From NCBI RefSeq assembly GCF_009914755.1, contig NC_060925.1: 64,000 bases of DNA. One strand, 5' to 3'. The position numbers and the translations under genes were made by a program. Below the pieces are notes generated by a model. The model saw nothing but the letters and a program-made list of their open reading frames with translations, made no database searches and had not been told where the DNA came from. The stretch is from the human T2T-CHM13v2.0 reference genome, Homo sapiens. Of the stretch, positions 1 through 15,930 are shown one piece after another. Position 1 is the stretch's first letter. Each line of letters starts with the position of its first letter.

Positions 1-317
1 GCATTTGTTATTTTGTCTGGTTAAAAGTTTCCAGGCCCCTTCTGAGTGGAGGCTGTTAGGATACTCTGGCCTGTTTTCCTCGCAGCCTTGGCAGCAGAGT
101 GGGTGCTTCCAGCGTTTCTCAGGGATCCCCCCACTTACTCCCTATCCCTAGGGAAAATTCAGGACTGCCTTCCTTAGCTGCTGTCTCCTCCTGATCCTTA
201 GCAGGCAGAGCAGGAGGCAGGGAGGCTCTGGTTTGAAAAGCAAATCCTTCTGTTTGTTTATTCATTCTCTCACTCAACAAAACCTTAAGTGCCTACTACA
301 CTACAGGCAATATTCTA

Positions 318-1227
<910 letters not shown>

Positions 1228-1706
1228 TCATTGGAGGGTTTTGAACAGAGGAGTGATATGACCTGACATTTTACAAGGACAATTCTAATTGCTATTTGGC
1301 AGACTGTGTGGGGCAAACCTGGAAACAGGGAACAAAGTTCAGGAGATTTGCAAACATAGTAGTCAGAGGGCCTAGGTGGTAGCAATGAAGGTGGTAAGAA
1401 GTCCTCCAAGCCAACAGGATTGGCTGCTGAATTGTATGTATGATATGAGAGAAAGAAAGGATTCAAGAATGATGCTCCAGGTTTAGCCTTAGCAATTCCA
1501 GCTGCCATTTACTAAGATGGGAAAGAATGGGGATGGGAGCAGCAGGTTGAGGGAGGGTATCAAAGTTCTGCTTTGGAGATGTTAGGTTTGAGGTGCCTAT
1601 TGGGTATCCACATGGCAATGCCAAGAAGGCAGTTGGAAATTGGAGTCTGGGACCCAGAAGAAGATGTCTGGGCTGGAGATGTAAATTTGCATACAGATGG
1701 TACTTA

Positions 1707-1845
<139 letters not shown>

Positions 1846-2350
1846 AGATGGTACTTAAAGTAATGAGAATGGATAAGATTACCTAGGGAGTGAGTACTGG
1901 TAGAAACAGAGGTGGTCTAAGACCGAGCCTTGGCACTCCACTCGCTATCTAGAAGTTCTTTCAGGCAGATCTGTGGTATAGGAGAGAGACTCATTTGGGT
2001 AAACTGAGGCCTGGGTTTCAAATATGTTAACTCCTCCCTACAAAATTCCCAGCCTTCAGGACCTCAGATCCTTAAGAGGTGAACCAAGGCACCCCAGGGC
2101 CACTACAGGAAAGGAAGACAGAGGCCTATTTCATGTGTGACCTGGGCAAGTCACGTATCCCTCCCTAGGCCTCAGTGGTCTTTGTAAAAGGAGTGGTGAA
2201 CGCTAGGTGTCTGAGGGACCTTCCAGCTTGCTTGCATGCAATGAGTTTTAACTCCAGAAAGTCGGTGCATTCAGCAATTGTGACTGGCCTTGAGAGACGG
2301 TTGAGTTCCTGTCTCATTCCCCTCATCTGGCTCTCGTTGTCTACCACATA

Positions 2351-3000
2351 AAGTTGATCCTTGCTATTCACGGATTCTGTATTTGCAAATTCTCCTACTA
2401 CCTGTAATTTATAACTCCAAAACCAGTACTTGTGGTCTTTTGCCAGTCATTCGTTGACATGCCCAGAGCTTCAAAAACTTTAGCCCGCTGTGCTTGTTCT
2501 TAGCTGAGGTCAAAACCAGGCTCCATTCTGCCTTCTTGCTCCAGCTCTCACATTCTAAACAAGTGTCCTTTTCACAGTCTATTTAGTGTCACGTTTTTCC
2601 CATTTTTATGCTTTTTATTGGTGATTTTGCTGTTTAAAATGGCCCCCAAGCGTCGTGCTGAAGTGCTGTCTAATGTTCCTGAGCATAAAAAGGCTGTTAT
2701 GAGCCTCACAAAGAAAATACCTGTGTTAGATAAGCTTCATTCAGGCATGAGTTAAAGCACGTTTGGTTGGCCATGAGTTCGATGTTAATGAATGAAAAAT
2801 ATATAGTGAATAAAGTATCTTTAAACAGAAACACACACAAAACAAGGCAATGTATTGATTGATTGATGAAAGTGGTATGACCAGAGGCTCACAGGACCCT
2901 AACTCTATATTTCCCCTTGGAATAATGCTTCAGTATTTGCTAATTCAGTCTTTACAGTGATTTATAGAATGTAGCCACTGCAGTGTGTGAGAATTGACTG
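2351..3000 (+). mobile_element. MER82-like (Tigger/TcMar) DNA transposon
   Basis: Terminal inverted repeats AAGTTGATCCTTGCTATTCACGG ... GAGAATTGACTG, flanked by TA on both sides. Confidence 0.75.
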
Positions 3001-4040
3001 TATTAGCTTGTTTTTTCAATCCCAGTATGCACACACATAAAGTAGTTTCAGAACTGCTAACCCATACCTCTGTGAGGAGCAAATTTACTTACTACAGTAC
3101 AGTACTTGTGTATAGTTCTTTTTGTTTTTGTTGTGTAACAAAAGCCACATTCAATACAGTTCTTATCTTTAGTCTTATAGCATACACTCGAAACTGTTTT
3201 CCAAAGTTACTTCTGTTAGTTATTTTCTTTTCCATCTCTTTCAATATTAACTATATGGTTTATTTGTATTACAGTTTTATTTCTTAGTTTGTATTCCATT
3301 TTGGGTTCCCCCAATATTCGGGTCAATTTTTAAACATTTCCAGACAGTAAAATTCACTTTTTATGGTATGTGGTACAATAGGTCTTGAGAAGCATAGTTA
3401 TGAATTTACTACCACAATCATGATAGAGAACAATTCAATTACTTAAAAAATTCCCTTGTCCTGACTCTTTATAGTCAGCTTCTCTCCCCACCACTAACCC
3501 CTGGCAACCACTGATCTATTTTTTGTCCCTATAGTTATGCCTTTTCCAGAATGTCATATAGAAGAAATCATGCAATATTCAACCTTTTGGGCCTGACTTC
3601 TGTCACTTAGGAAAACGCATTTAAGATTCCTGTATGTTGTTGTGTCAAGCAGTAGTTGTTCGTTTTTATGGCTGAGTAGTATTCCACTCTAGCACTGTTG
3701 GACGCACCACAGTTTGTTTATCTATTTGCCAGTTGAAGAATATTTGGATTATACCAGTTTTGGGTAATTATGAGTAAAGCTGCTATACACATTTATGTAG
3801 TGGGTTTTATGTGAACATGAGTTTCCCTTTTTCTTGAGGTGGGATTGTAGTCATATGGTAGGTGTTTATAAGAAATTGCCAATTTGTTTTCCAAAGGGGC
3901 TGTACCATTTCATTCCCACCAGTAATAATGAGAATTCCAGTTGCTCCACAACCTCACCAACACTTGGTATTGTCAGCTGTTTTTATTTATTTGCTATTCT
4001 AATAGGTTTGTAGTGGTATCTCAATGTAGTTTTAATTTAA

Positions 4041-4457
<417 letters not shown>

Positions 4458-4479
4458 TGTTTTCTTATTGTTCTGAGGA

Positions 4480-4852
<373 letters not shown>

Positions 4853-5111
4853 TAGATATTCTGGATAAAAGATGTGATTTGTAAATATTTTCTCCCCATC
4901 TGTGGCATATTATTTTTTATTCTCTTAACAGTGTCATTTGCAGAACAAATTTTAAATTTTGATAATATCTATCTTTTTTTTCTTTTATGAATCATGATTT
5001 TGGTATTTTATCTAAAAACTCGACTAACCAAGGTCTCAAAGATTTTCTCTTATGCTTTCTTCTAGAAGTTTTTTAGTTTTACATTTTACATATGATCTGT
5101 ATGTAAACTGA

Positions 5112-5444
<333 letters not shown>

Positions 5445-6713
5445 TAATGCATTTAAAATTAATTTTGAATTAATTTTATAATAACTTTGAGAGGCTTAGA
5501 TTGAGAGTCATTTTTTTGCCTATATTTGTCCAATTATTCCAGCACCATTGTTGAAAAGACTTACCTTTAAGTGGTCTTTTTTGCATCAGTTAAGAAAACA
5601 GATTGAGTTCCACAAAGAATTGAAATGGTAGAAACCTAAAAAAGCATATGGAAGGTGAGGGGATCAGAGAGATGGTCCATGTACCAAATAATTCAGCAGC
5701 TGCTCGAAATGAGAGGTGGTCAAGAGGACCTAAGTCACCTAGGACATTACAGAAATCGAGGGGAGGCTTTGGACTGCTCACAAGTCATTAAATGAAGAGA
5801 GGGTTGTTGAGCCAAACTTAGGCAGATCTTCACGGGAAGAATGAGCCTCCCTGATGTCCCCGTACCTGCAGCAGTGAGGTGTGTGACTTCCCGGGGCTCT
5901 GGCTCCTTGGAGTGGTGGGGTGAGGTAGATGCTGCAGCCTGGACTGGAAGCCAGAGTGACTCATCAGCCCAGGGTGAGCATCTCGGGGGGATGTTGTTTT
6001 GTTTGCTCTCGCAGTGAACCCCATTACAATAACAGCACCAAGGTGTCCCGGTGCTTTGACTGTTCTCTCCCTGGGCTCCTAATGGAGATTGACAGAATCT
6101 AGAGTCCAGGGTAATTCTATTGTCAGTTTCAGCAGCCTCCTGCACCTCATTAGACACAAGCAGAGAGAAATGAGCAAAGAAGGAATGTCAGCCTCAGAAC
6201 AGAGGGGGCCTGCTAGAGTAAGCAGCTTTCAGGAGATGACAAGGTAGTGAGGAAATTATCCGGGCTTTCCAACTGGCCCCTCTAGGCTCTAGGTGGGAAA
6301 TCGGGACGTCTGTGTCACAGCTCTGCAGAACAGAGCCAGCATGAATGGTTCAGTTTCAACTGCAGTCCCTTTTCTTTGAGGGACAGCATGAGGGGAGGCT
6401 AAGACAGACATCTTTTGTATTGTCAGCCTTTGTGTTAGAGGCTCCTTCCGGTGGTGGGGCCTAGCAGGGGAGGTGTTTCTGGGTGGCTTGGGTTTAAGTT
6501 GCAAGTGGATGGTGTCAGGGGTCAAAGCCTTATTTGATTTATCTAAACCTTTAGGATTTTACTCAGGATGGATGAACTGTATCCAATGTATAGGGAGAGA
6601 GAATCCTAGGCCTATAAGAAAGCTGGAATTGATCATTGTCCCACACTATATCTTGTTTCCCAGCCTTGGCCAGAAACACACACAGATTTACGTAGATAAA
6701 CATGTAACATACT

Positions 6714-7070
6714 TATCTTAGTGTGTTCAGGCTGCTATAACAAAAATACCTTAGACTGGGCAATTTATAAACAACAGAAATGTTTTTCTTATGGTTCCAG
6801 AGACTGGAAAGTCCAAGACAAAAGCACAGGCAGGTTTGATATCACGTGAGGACCCGCTCTCTGCTTCCAAGATGACAGCTTCTTGCTCACGTGTTGGAAG
6901 GCGCAAGGTTGCTCCTTTCAATCCCTTTTATAAGGGCATCAATCTCATTCAGGAGGGCACAGCCCTCATGACTTAATTACTTCCCCAAAGGCCCCACCCC
7001 TTAATACATGACATTGGGTGGTAGGTTCCAATATGAATTTTGGAGGGAAACCAACATTCAGACCGTAGCA
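6714..7070 (-). mobile_element. MLT1A-type MaLR solo LTR
   Basis: 'TCTTAGTGTGTTCAGGCTGCTATAACAAAAATACCTTAGACTGGG...AACATTCAGACCGTAGCA' matches antisense MLT1A. Confidence 0.85.
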
Positions 7071-7136
7071 ACACCCAACACTTATATATACAAGCTCATG
7101 TACAAATACACACAACACTAATGCTTCTACTCATAC

Positions 7137-7436
<300 letters not shown>

Positions 7437-8559
7437 CTCATAGGTAATTTTAAATACACAGAACACTAGACCAGACGTGTGCCAGTTACACATACAGGCA
7501 ACACACACAGGTCCATGCTGAAGGCATTTCGCTACAGAGTTTTTGTCTGTGGCTTATGACATCAGCCTCTTTGCTTTCTATTTACATCTTGGATATACAC
7601 CGCTCACACACACATTCACACCCACCCACCATTCTCACAATGCACAGCATGCACTCAAACACCCAAGCCACAAACATGTTCACATATACACACTCTGCAG
7701 TCAACATTTGCCCAAACATACATGCCTCTTCTATTTTCACCACGTGTGACCAGTTGTGGTCATTCAGATGCCTGCCCATCCTGTGTGTCACACCTACGTA
7801 TGCCTCTCTGGCACACTTGCAACAGGCCAAGCCAGTGTCTGCACAGACTAGCAGAGCAGAGAGTGTTTTCCACCTTCTTCCTGTCATTGACATGCAACAC
7901 CTGTCCTGTCTTTAGTTTTTTGCACTCTGGCTTCGACTGAATTGAATGCCAGTCTGCCTGGCACAGAGCCCAGCGCAGCAGCCCAGAAGCAATTGTCCTG
8001 TGGGCATAAGCCTCCAAGAGCCCAGAATGGGTGCACGCCAACTCTGGAGGCACCATCAAGGAAAGAGGCCTCTGTAGGCGCCCCCCACCCCTCATTAGTG
8101 CTCTAGAGGGCCATGGATGAGTCAGCACATGGCAACCTCTTTTCCTCCCTGCCTTTCTTCTCCTCAAAATTCTGGTCATTTGGGTGTTTCAAGGCCTTTG
8201 CCAAACAGAATGAGTGAGGCTTGAAAGAGATACTAGCTTAGAAAATCCACCATCAGAGTCTGGGCCATTGAATTTTCCATTAGCCTTCGCTTGTGCATTT
8301 CTGTAGCCTCATATCTAGAACAAGTCTGGAACAGTAAAACTTCACTGAATAAATACAAGTGTATGTTAGCCTATGAAATAGGACTAATTCTGCTTTGTCT
8401 CTCAGGACTATCTATAAATCATAAGGAGCAATGCAAATACCTTATGAGGAATTTTTGCTATTATTGTGATCAACACCAGGTAGGTAAATCATTTCCTTCC
8501 CCACTTCACACGTTTCTGTCCCTACCTACTCCTAGCGCCTTGAACTAGCTGTCACTGAG

Positions 8560-8795
8560 ATAATGATACTAGTTACCATTATCGAGCACCTATTCTGCTC
8601 CAGGTACTAGACTAAGCACTTTACAAATATCTTGTTCTATCCTCTCAACATCCTTGTTAAATAAATATTACTGTCTGTATTTCATAGTCTGGAAATTTGA
8701 GGTTTTAAGGGGCTGAGCAGCTTGCCCAAAGTCACACAGCTAATAGACAGCAGAGACAGGATTTGAACTCAGGTCTTTGCTTCTCAAACTCATGT
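8560..8795 (-). mobile_element. MIR
   Basis: MIR core 'CTTGCCCAAAGTCACACAGCTAATA...GGATTTGAACTCAGGTCT'. Confidence 0.8.
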
Positions 8796-9010
8796 CATCC
8801 TCACTTCACCAACCTTACATTTATCATCATCAGCCATAGAATGCAAATTCTATCCATATTTCTATTGTTTAAGCCTAAACCCCCTTTTCCGTCTATGTCC
8901 ATCTCAATTTTAAACTGTAAGCCAGGCTATAAATAGCAGGAACTATGTTTATTGAATTCATTTCATAGTGTTCAGCATACTTCCATAGTGTTCAGCATAT
9001 TTCTGGGAAA

Positions 9011-9024
9011 ATATATATATATGT

Positions 9025-9063
<39 letters not shown>

Positions 9064-9073
9064 TATATACATA
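9011..9073. repeat. (TA)n/(CA)n microsatellite
   Basis: Directly visible dinucleotide runs. Confidence 0.95.
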
Positions 9074-9189
9074 GAGGTTACTTTTTGTTTAAGTAATGGT
9101 TCCATGAATTTCACATTGTGTCTGAAGCTAAGAGACTAAATTCTAGCTCTTCTTAGCAAAGAACAAACTATAAAGAGATGCAGTCTGAA

Positions 9190-9972
9190 GGGAAAACAAA
9201 CTGTCTTTCACTATAGCATACTTCTGTGACCAGATGCATGGGGGCTTTTCCCTACACACCAAGAAATTCTCCAGCAGACACCAACTGGGTGTCCTATAAT
9301 TCAGTTCCATTCTGGCACCATCTACTTGCAGTGAGAGTCAGATCCCACAGCTGATGGCTCAGTCCCACAAGATTGCCCCCAGTTCAGGTGCCAATCACAC
9401 GACTAAGGTTGTGACCTGTGCTTTTGACCAACCAACTATAAGTTGGGGTTCCCAAGACCCCCTCCTTGGTTTCAATTAATTTGCTAGAGCAGCTCACAGA
9501 ACACTTACTTTACATTTACCGGTTTCTTTTAAAGGATATGATAAAGGATACAGATGAGCAGCCAGATGGAAGAGATGCACAGGGCAAGTCATGTGGGAAG
9601 GGGCGCGGAGCTGCCATGTGCTTTCCGGAAGATCCACCCTCCAGGCGCCTCCACAGGTTCAGCTGTCTGGAGCCTCCTGAACCAAGTTTTCTTTGGTTTT
9701 TATGGAAGCTTTATGACATAGGCCTGATTGATTACATCATCGGCCATAAGGTATCAACGCAACCTTCAGCCCCTCTCTCCTCTCAAGAGGTTCTAATCAT
9801 ACCATGGTCTTTCTGGTGACCAGCCCCCATTCTGAAGCCATCTAGGGGCTCCCAGCCACCAGTTTCCTCTTAGCATCCAAAAGACATTCTTTTGTCAGAG
9901 ATTACAAGGGTTTTAGGAGCTGTATGCCAGGAACCAGGGACAGAGACCAAATCCGTATTTCTTATTGCATCA
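9190..9972 (-). mobile_element. MER21-family LTR
   Basis: End 'GGTTTTAGGAGCTGTATGCCAGGAACCAGGGACAGAGACCAAAT...TTCTTATT' is the reverse complement of the MER21 5' end; body matches. Confidence 0.8.
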
Positions 9973-10618
9973 GGATAAAACACCTGGGTTTGAATCCAAC
10001 ACCATCACCTATTAGCATCACCTATTTGCTCCTGTCATTTTCTCTTTCTGGCCTCAGTTTACATGTTTGTAAAATGAAGTTCTGGATATGATGACCTCTT
10101 GGGTTCCCTCCAAAGATGACTTTCCAAGAGTCTGCTGTTTTACATGCTACCAAACGGAAGTGGAGATCTAAAATTTCATGTGCTCACGGAGTGGGCCACT
10201 CCCACAATGCCATCTCCCCTCCCCTTGTGTGACTGTCTCTGGTGGTCTGCTCCTGAAAGAGTACACAAAGTCAGGATGCAAAGTCCTCTCACTGGAGAAT
10301 GAAGACACCGTTCATTCTGGTGTTTGTTCTGCGGAGCTTCCCAGAGCTGTAGTCAGTCACCTCACCCCGGTGCCAAACACTTGATGTGCTGACTACTCCC
10401 GTGCTCTTAATAAGCTTATAGTCCGGAGAGATGATTGAAGGGCTGGGAGAAGAGGGCTGTGGAGGGACAGGACCAGCTGAGGACGTGGGTGGTCAGACTC
10501 CTAGATTAACAAAGCCTACAGATGCCTGTTGACAGAAGGGAAGGAGACAGGTTCTCACTGATAGGAAGACAGCAGCAATGCAGGTACGACTCATGTGTCC
10601 ATTTCCTGTCATCTGCAG

Positions 10619-10714
10619 GTGCTTGGTGAGACAGTGTCACCGTTCTGGGAAGAGCTAGTCTGGGAGAAGGAGTCAGGATACTAGACCTGTCTGTGAGGCA
10701 CTGGATGACTCCAG
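10619..10714 (+). other. Candidate non-coding exon (96 nt)
   Basis: Branch-like GACTCAT, acceptor CATTTCCTGTCATCTGCAG|, donor CAG|GTGAGT; stop codons in all three frames. Confidence 0.3.
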
Positions 10715-11032
10715 GTGAGTCATTCACCTTCCCCCCGACTCCAACCCTCCCAAATCTTGGTGTTCTCATCTTTATGGACCTAGGTTCTTTGACACCTCAT
10801 TAATCTGAAGGTGGAACCAAAGAATGCACACCATAGAAATGGCTACATCAAAGACTTCATCCCCAAATACATCTCTTCTGGTTCAAAAGCTTCTTGGAAC
10901 ACAAGCAGACCTGACCCTCCTCCTCTTCTGCACCCCATGATGTCCACCCCCTGCCCTCTGTCATTCTTCACTCTCTACTCTACTTGCCTTCTCTCTCCCT
11001 TGTGAATCTCTTGTAAATGGAAGTCCTGGTCC

Positions 11033-11407
11033 CAGCAGCGTGCTGGTAAATGTTTAACAAACAGCTTTGAGACTGGGGGGAATGCCTGATTTGTAGGGCT
11101 TGCCAACTGCCAATTGTAAATACTCCTGCCATGACTAATTTCAAGATACCAAATATGACATCATTGAATGCAGAGCCAGGAAAAGAGTCACAGTAGCACA
11201 CTGATGTATAGTATTTTCACCATACACATAGAACAGGAGTAAATGACCTCAAGAACACAGATAATATAGTCAAAGAATTAAGAATTGATAACATTAGAGT
11301 ATTTATTGCCTTTGCTTTTAATATCACTTATTAAATTATAAGTTTATGTAATTTACTTTTCAATAATGGTGTGTTTAACAACTGGCTCATTAAATTCCTG
11401 AAAAATG
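11033..11407 (+). mobile_element. MER63-like hAT-Blackjack DNA transposon
   Basis: Start CAGCAGCGTGCTGGTAAATGTTTAACAA; 8-bp TSD CCTGGTCC at 11025-11032 and 11408-11415. Confidence 0.75.
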
Positions 11408-11698
11408 CCTGGTCCTCCCCTTTGGATCTTTCCAGATGAGACTGTACATCCCCAAATTTGCGGGAGTACATAGTTGAGGCCCTTGCTGTGGGAAGCCTCT
11501 CAGGGAAAATAGGAGCATTTATTTCTGCATGCCATTTGTCTCCCTTTATTAACTTTAGTTTCTCTTCCTGTTATATAAGACATTCCTTGTAGATTCTCCT
11601 GCCTTTGTAAGGATGGTATTGAGAGAAATGAAATCAGGGCAGTAGTAACACCTTGCATCTTATGGAATCTTCCAGTTTACTAAACCCAAATCTCATTA

Positions 11699-12169
<471 letters not shown>

Positions 12170-12387
12170 CTACCTGGTTATTATTGATTGAGAGCTGCCA
12201 CAGACAATACGTAAACAAATGAGTTTGGCCATTTTCCAATAAACTTTATTTATGGGCTCTGAAATTTGAATTATATATAATTTTACATCTCACAAAATGT
12301 TATTCTTCTCTTGATTTTTTCCAACCATTGAAAAATATTTTTAAAAAACCCATTAACTCACAGGCCATATAAAAACAAGCCCTAGGC

Positions 12388-12505
12388 GCCTTTCTCCCAT
12401 GGGCTGTGTGGGGTCCCTGTTCTTCGCAGCTAAGGCTGGAGGCCAAGATCAGCCTTTGAGGACTGTCATCAGAATTGCCTTGCTTTCCTGCCTCAGATGT
12501 GAAAA
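12388..12505 (+). pseudogene. L1-mediated retro-insert, candidate retrocopy of a box H/ACA-type small RNA (parent not recognised)
   Basis: Perfect 19-bp TSD ATAAAAACAAGCCCTAGGC (12369-12387, 12506-12524); hairpin - AGATCA (ANANNA) - hairpin layout; ends in short A run. Confidence 0.55.
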
Positions 12506-13134
12506 ATAAAAACAAGCCCTAGGCAGAATTTGGCCTATAGGCAACAAAAGAGGAAATTAAGCTTCAAAGAGAACAGTGACTTGTTCAAGTTCATCTAGAT
12601 CGGCAGAGTTGGTCCTGGCATGGTTCCAAATCCCCTGAACTTTCCACTAAACCCACCTGCCACAAAAGGTGCCCCTCCTGCTCCTCAACACACCTTCTGG
12701 GACCTGCAGGTGGATTCTCCACTGGGGACCTTCTGTAACCCACTAAGTGCTTTTGGGCCACTTTCTCTTACTGCCCGTTTCTGTCTCTTTAAGTGTGGTG
12801 AGCCTTCCCATGCATCAAAGTAAAAAAGAAAAGGCGTTTGGACATGTATAGTCAGGCAATTTGCTCCCCCTCCATTAAAGCAGAAAATAAAGAGCTCACT
12901 GTCTTTATGACTGTTGATTTTATGATTCCGTCCTATTTTGTCACAGGTATCCTAAATTTCCACCAAGCAGGGACTACCTGTTTGTTATTCTGTGTCTTCA
13001 AATGTCTAGTCCAGCACTCTTCCTGCAGGACACTTGGGAAAGAACTCGGTGACTAATGATTAAGCTCCCCTCCAGCCTGGCATTGTATAACAAGAGATGG
13101 GTGTGACCCACCTGTGTGATTTATTTCCCCTCAA

Positions 13135-13400
13135 TATGTTATTACGAAAAATGTAAAAATTCAGAAGAGTTTAAAGAATTGCACAGTGAACAACCATATG
13201 CCCACAATCTAGATTCTATAACTAACATTTTGCTATATTTGCTTTACCCCAAATCTGTTCATCTATCCATCCACCAGTCTTTTCTTATATTGTGGACACA
13301 TTTCAAAGTTACAGACTTTGGTACACTTTAACCTCTAAATACTTCAATATCATATTGTTAATTAGAGTTCAATATTTGTTTATGCTGCTTCTTATTTATT
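13135..13400 (-). mobile_element. Old L1M 3' end fragment
   Basis: 'AAAGAATTGCACAGTGAACAACCATATGCCCACAATCTAGATTC...AACATTTTGCTATATTTGCTT' resembles L1MC/L1ME 3' termini. Confidence 0.6.
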
Positions 13401-14325
13401 TTTTGACCTGGTGGAAATGTGAAAGACTCTGGAGGCTGCCTCCAGAATATAGATCCCCACCCACTCCACTGACCCCTGAAGAATTTACTTGGGCATTTCT
13501 TTCCTTATAGCCTTTCCAAAGCTTTGACAATCCATGCAAATACCTTTGGTAGAGATCACTCATTAAGTCCACTCAGTGGTGGCTGGAATAGTGGCAACAG
13601 CCTTCAGTCAGGCCTGGGTTTGAATCCCTCTCCACTCTGTCACTCATACTTGTGTGCCCTTAGGCAAGTTTTTTTTTTTTTTAATTTCTCCAAGCCTCTT
13701 CACATGTAAAGTGTGGCTAATAATAACTGTCTTGTGATAGGAATAGTGAGGACTGCAAATTCAGAGCTACCTGTAAATGGCAGCGCAGTAGGATAATGAG
13801 AAGAGATATTAACTGTGTCCATTTTCCTGACTATGGATTTGTCACAAAAGAATGAGAGCTACTTCCAACTTCACCCCAACTCCATTCAGGGAAGACTGTC
13901 CTAGCTGCGTACTAGATTTAGGCTCTTCTCACGCGGGTGGAGTTAACAGCTTCTCCATGCTTCCACTGTAATTTAAAAAGACAAAACAAAACAAAGCCCA
14001 CCTTACCATGCTGAGGAGGATTTGGCTCCACAAGAGAGGGGAGGGAGGCTGCTGCTGACCTGGAACTGGGGAGTGGGTTGAATCCTGTGGCAGAATGTGG
14101 GGGAGTGAGTGACGAGGCGGCGTGTGTGGGGGTGAAGACCTGCGCTCCATGCCCACACAGCCACCCAGGACACAACAGAACCCCTTCTGGGGTCTGGGGG
14201 ATGATGGCCAAGTTAGCATGGAGGAGAATAGATTGTGAACAGCCCTGACCTCCTCGAAGGGACCCTATAGGTTCAGACAATGAGCAGAAGCCTTTCTCCA
14301 AGCTCTGCAAATTGAGTGACCACCC

Positions 14326-15094
<769 letters not shown>

Positions 15095-15719
15095 TTCCAA
15101 ACACTCAAACCACCTTAGGGAGCATGGTGGAACGTCCTACCAGCTGGGTAGGTGGGATCTCAGAGTCATATCTCATTTGGAAAATTAACAATCCATCTCT
15201 GCAGCATTCACTCTTTCTTTTTTCTTCCAAAAATCTGTGTCTTGACAGATGTGCCAATGGGCAATGGTCACACGGTGGGAAGGAGGCAAGGACTCTAGAG
15301 GTTCTTCTACCAGCAGGTTTCAGGGACAGACCTGAGATCCCAGAGAGGAGAGGTGTGGCACAGAGTGCCCACCACCCCTCTGTGGGGAGGAAGAGAGCCC
15401 CAGGATGAAGCCAAATGGAGAGCGGGGAGCAAGCCAGGAACCGGCATCTGGAATCCCTTCACCTTCCAGCCGAGCCAAAGACAGCTTCTCCTGTTCCCAC
15501 TCCTCTCCCAATCTGCTATTTCCTGTAGCCTGTCTGCTGGAGAGTAAAAAGACAAATGGAGCGTGAAAAAAAATTCAGCAAAAATAATTACAGGTTACAA
15601 CAAATCAATTGGAAGTTTGTAAATAGCCTCAGGCAGGTAGCCGAGTCAGGATTCTGCAACTTAACACTGGCCCTCCCCTGGCAGCTCCAGAGTGAGTCCC
15701 GGTGACCTGAGACTGCAAA

Positions 15720-15930
15720 GGAGCCCTGGATGTGATGTCGGAGGATGTGGATGTGAGTCCCAACCCTGCTCTAACCAGCTGTGTGAATTTGGGCAAATGC
15801 CTCCACTCTTCCTAGCTTCGTTTCATCATCACTAAAGCCAAGATTTTGATTGTACCTACTCAGTATATCTTAAGGGCAGTTGAAAGTCAAAGGAGGTAAT
15901 AGATGCAAAAGTGCTTTGGAAACTGTATAG
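15720..15930 (+). mobile_element. MIR
   Basis: 'CTAACCAGCTGTGTGAATTTGGGCAAATG...AAAGTGCTTTGGAAACTGTA'. Confidence 0.7.

Noticed and set aside
7440-7940. His/Thr-rich ORFs in CA-rich sequence
   Set aside because: Degenerate (CA)n low-complexity DNA.
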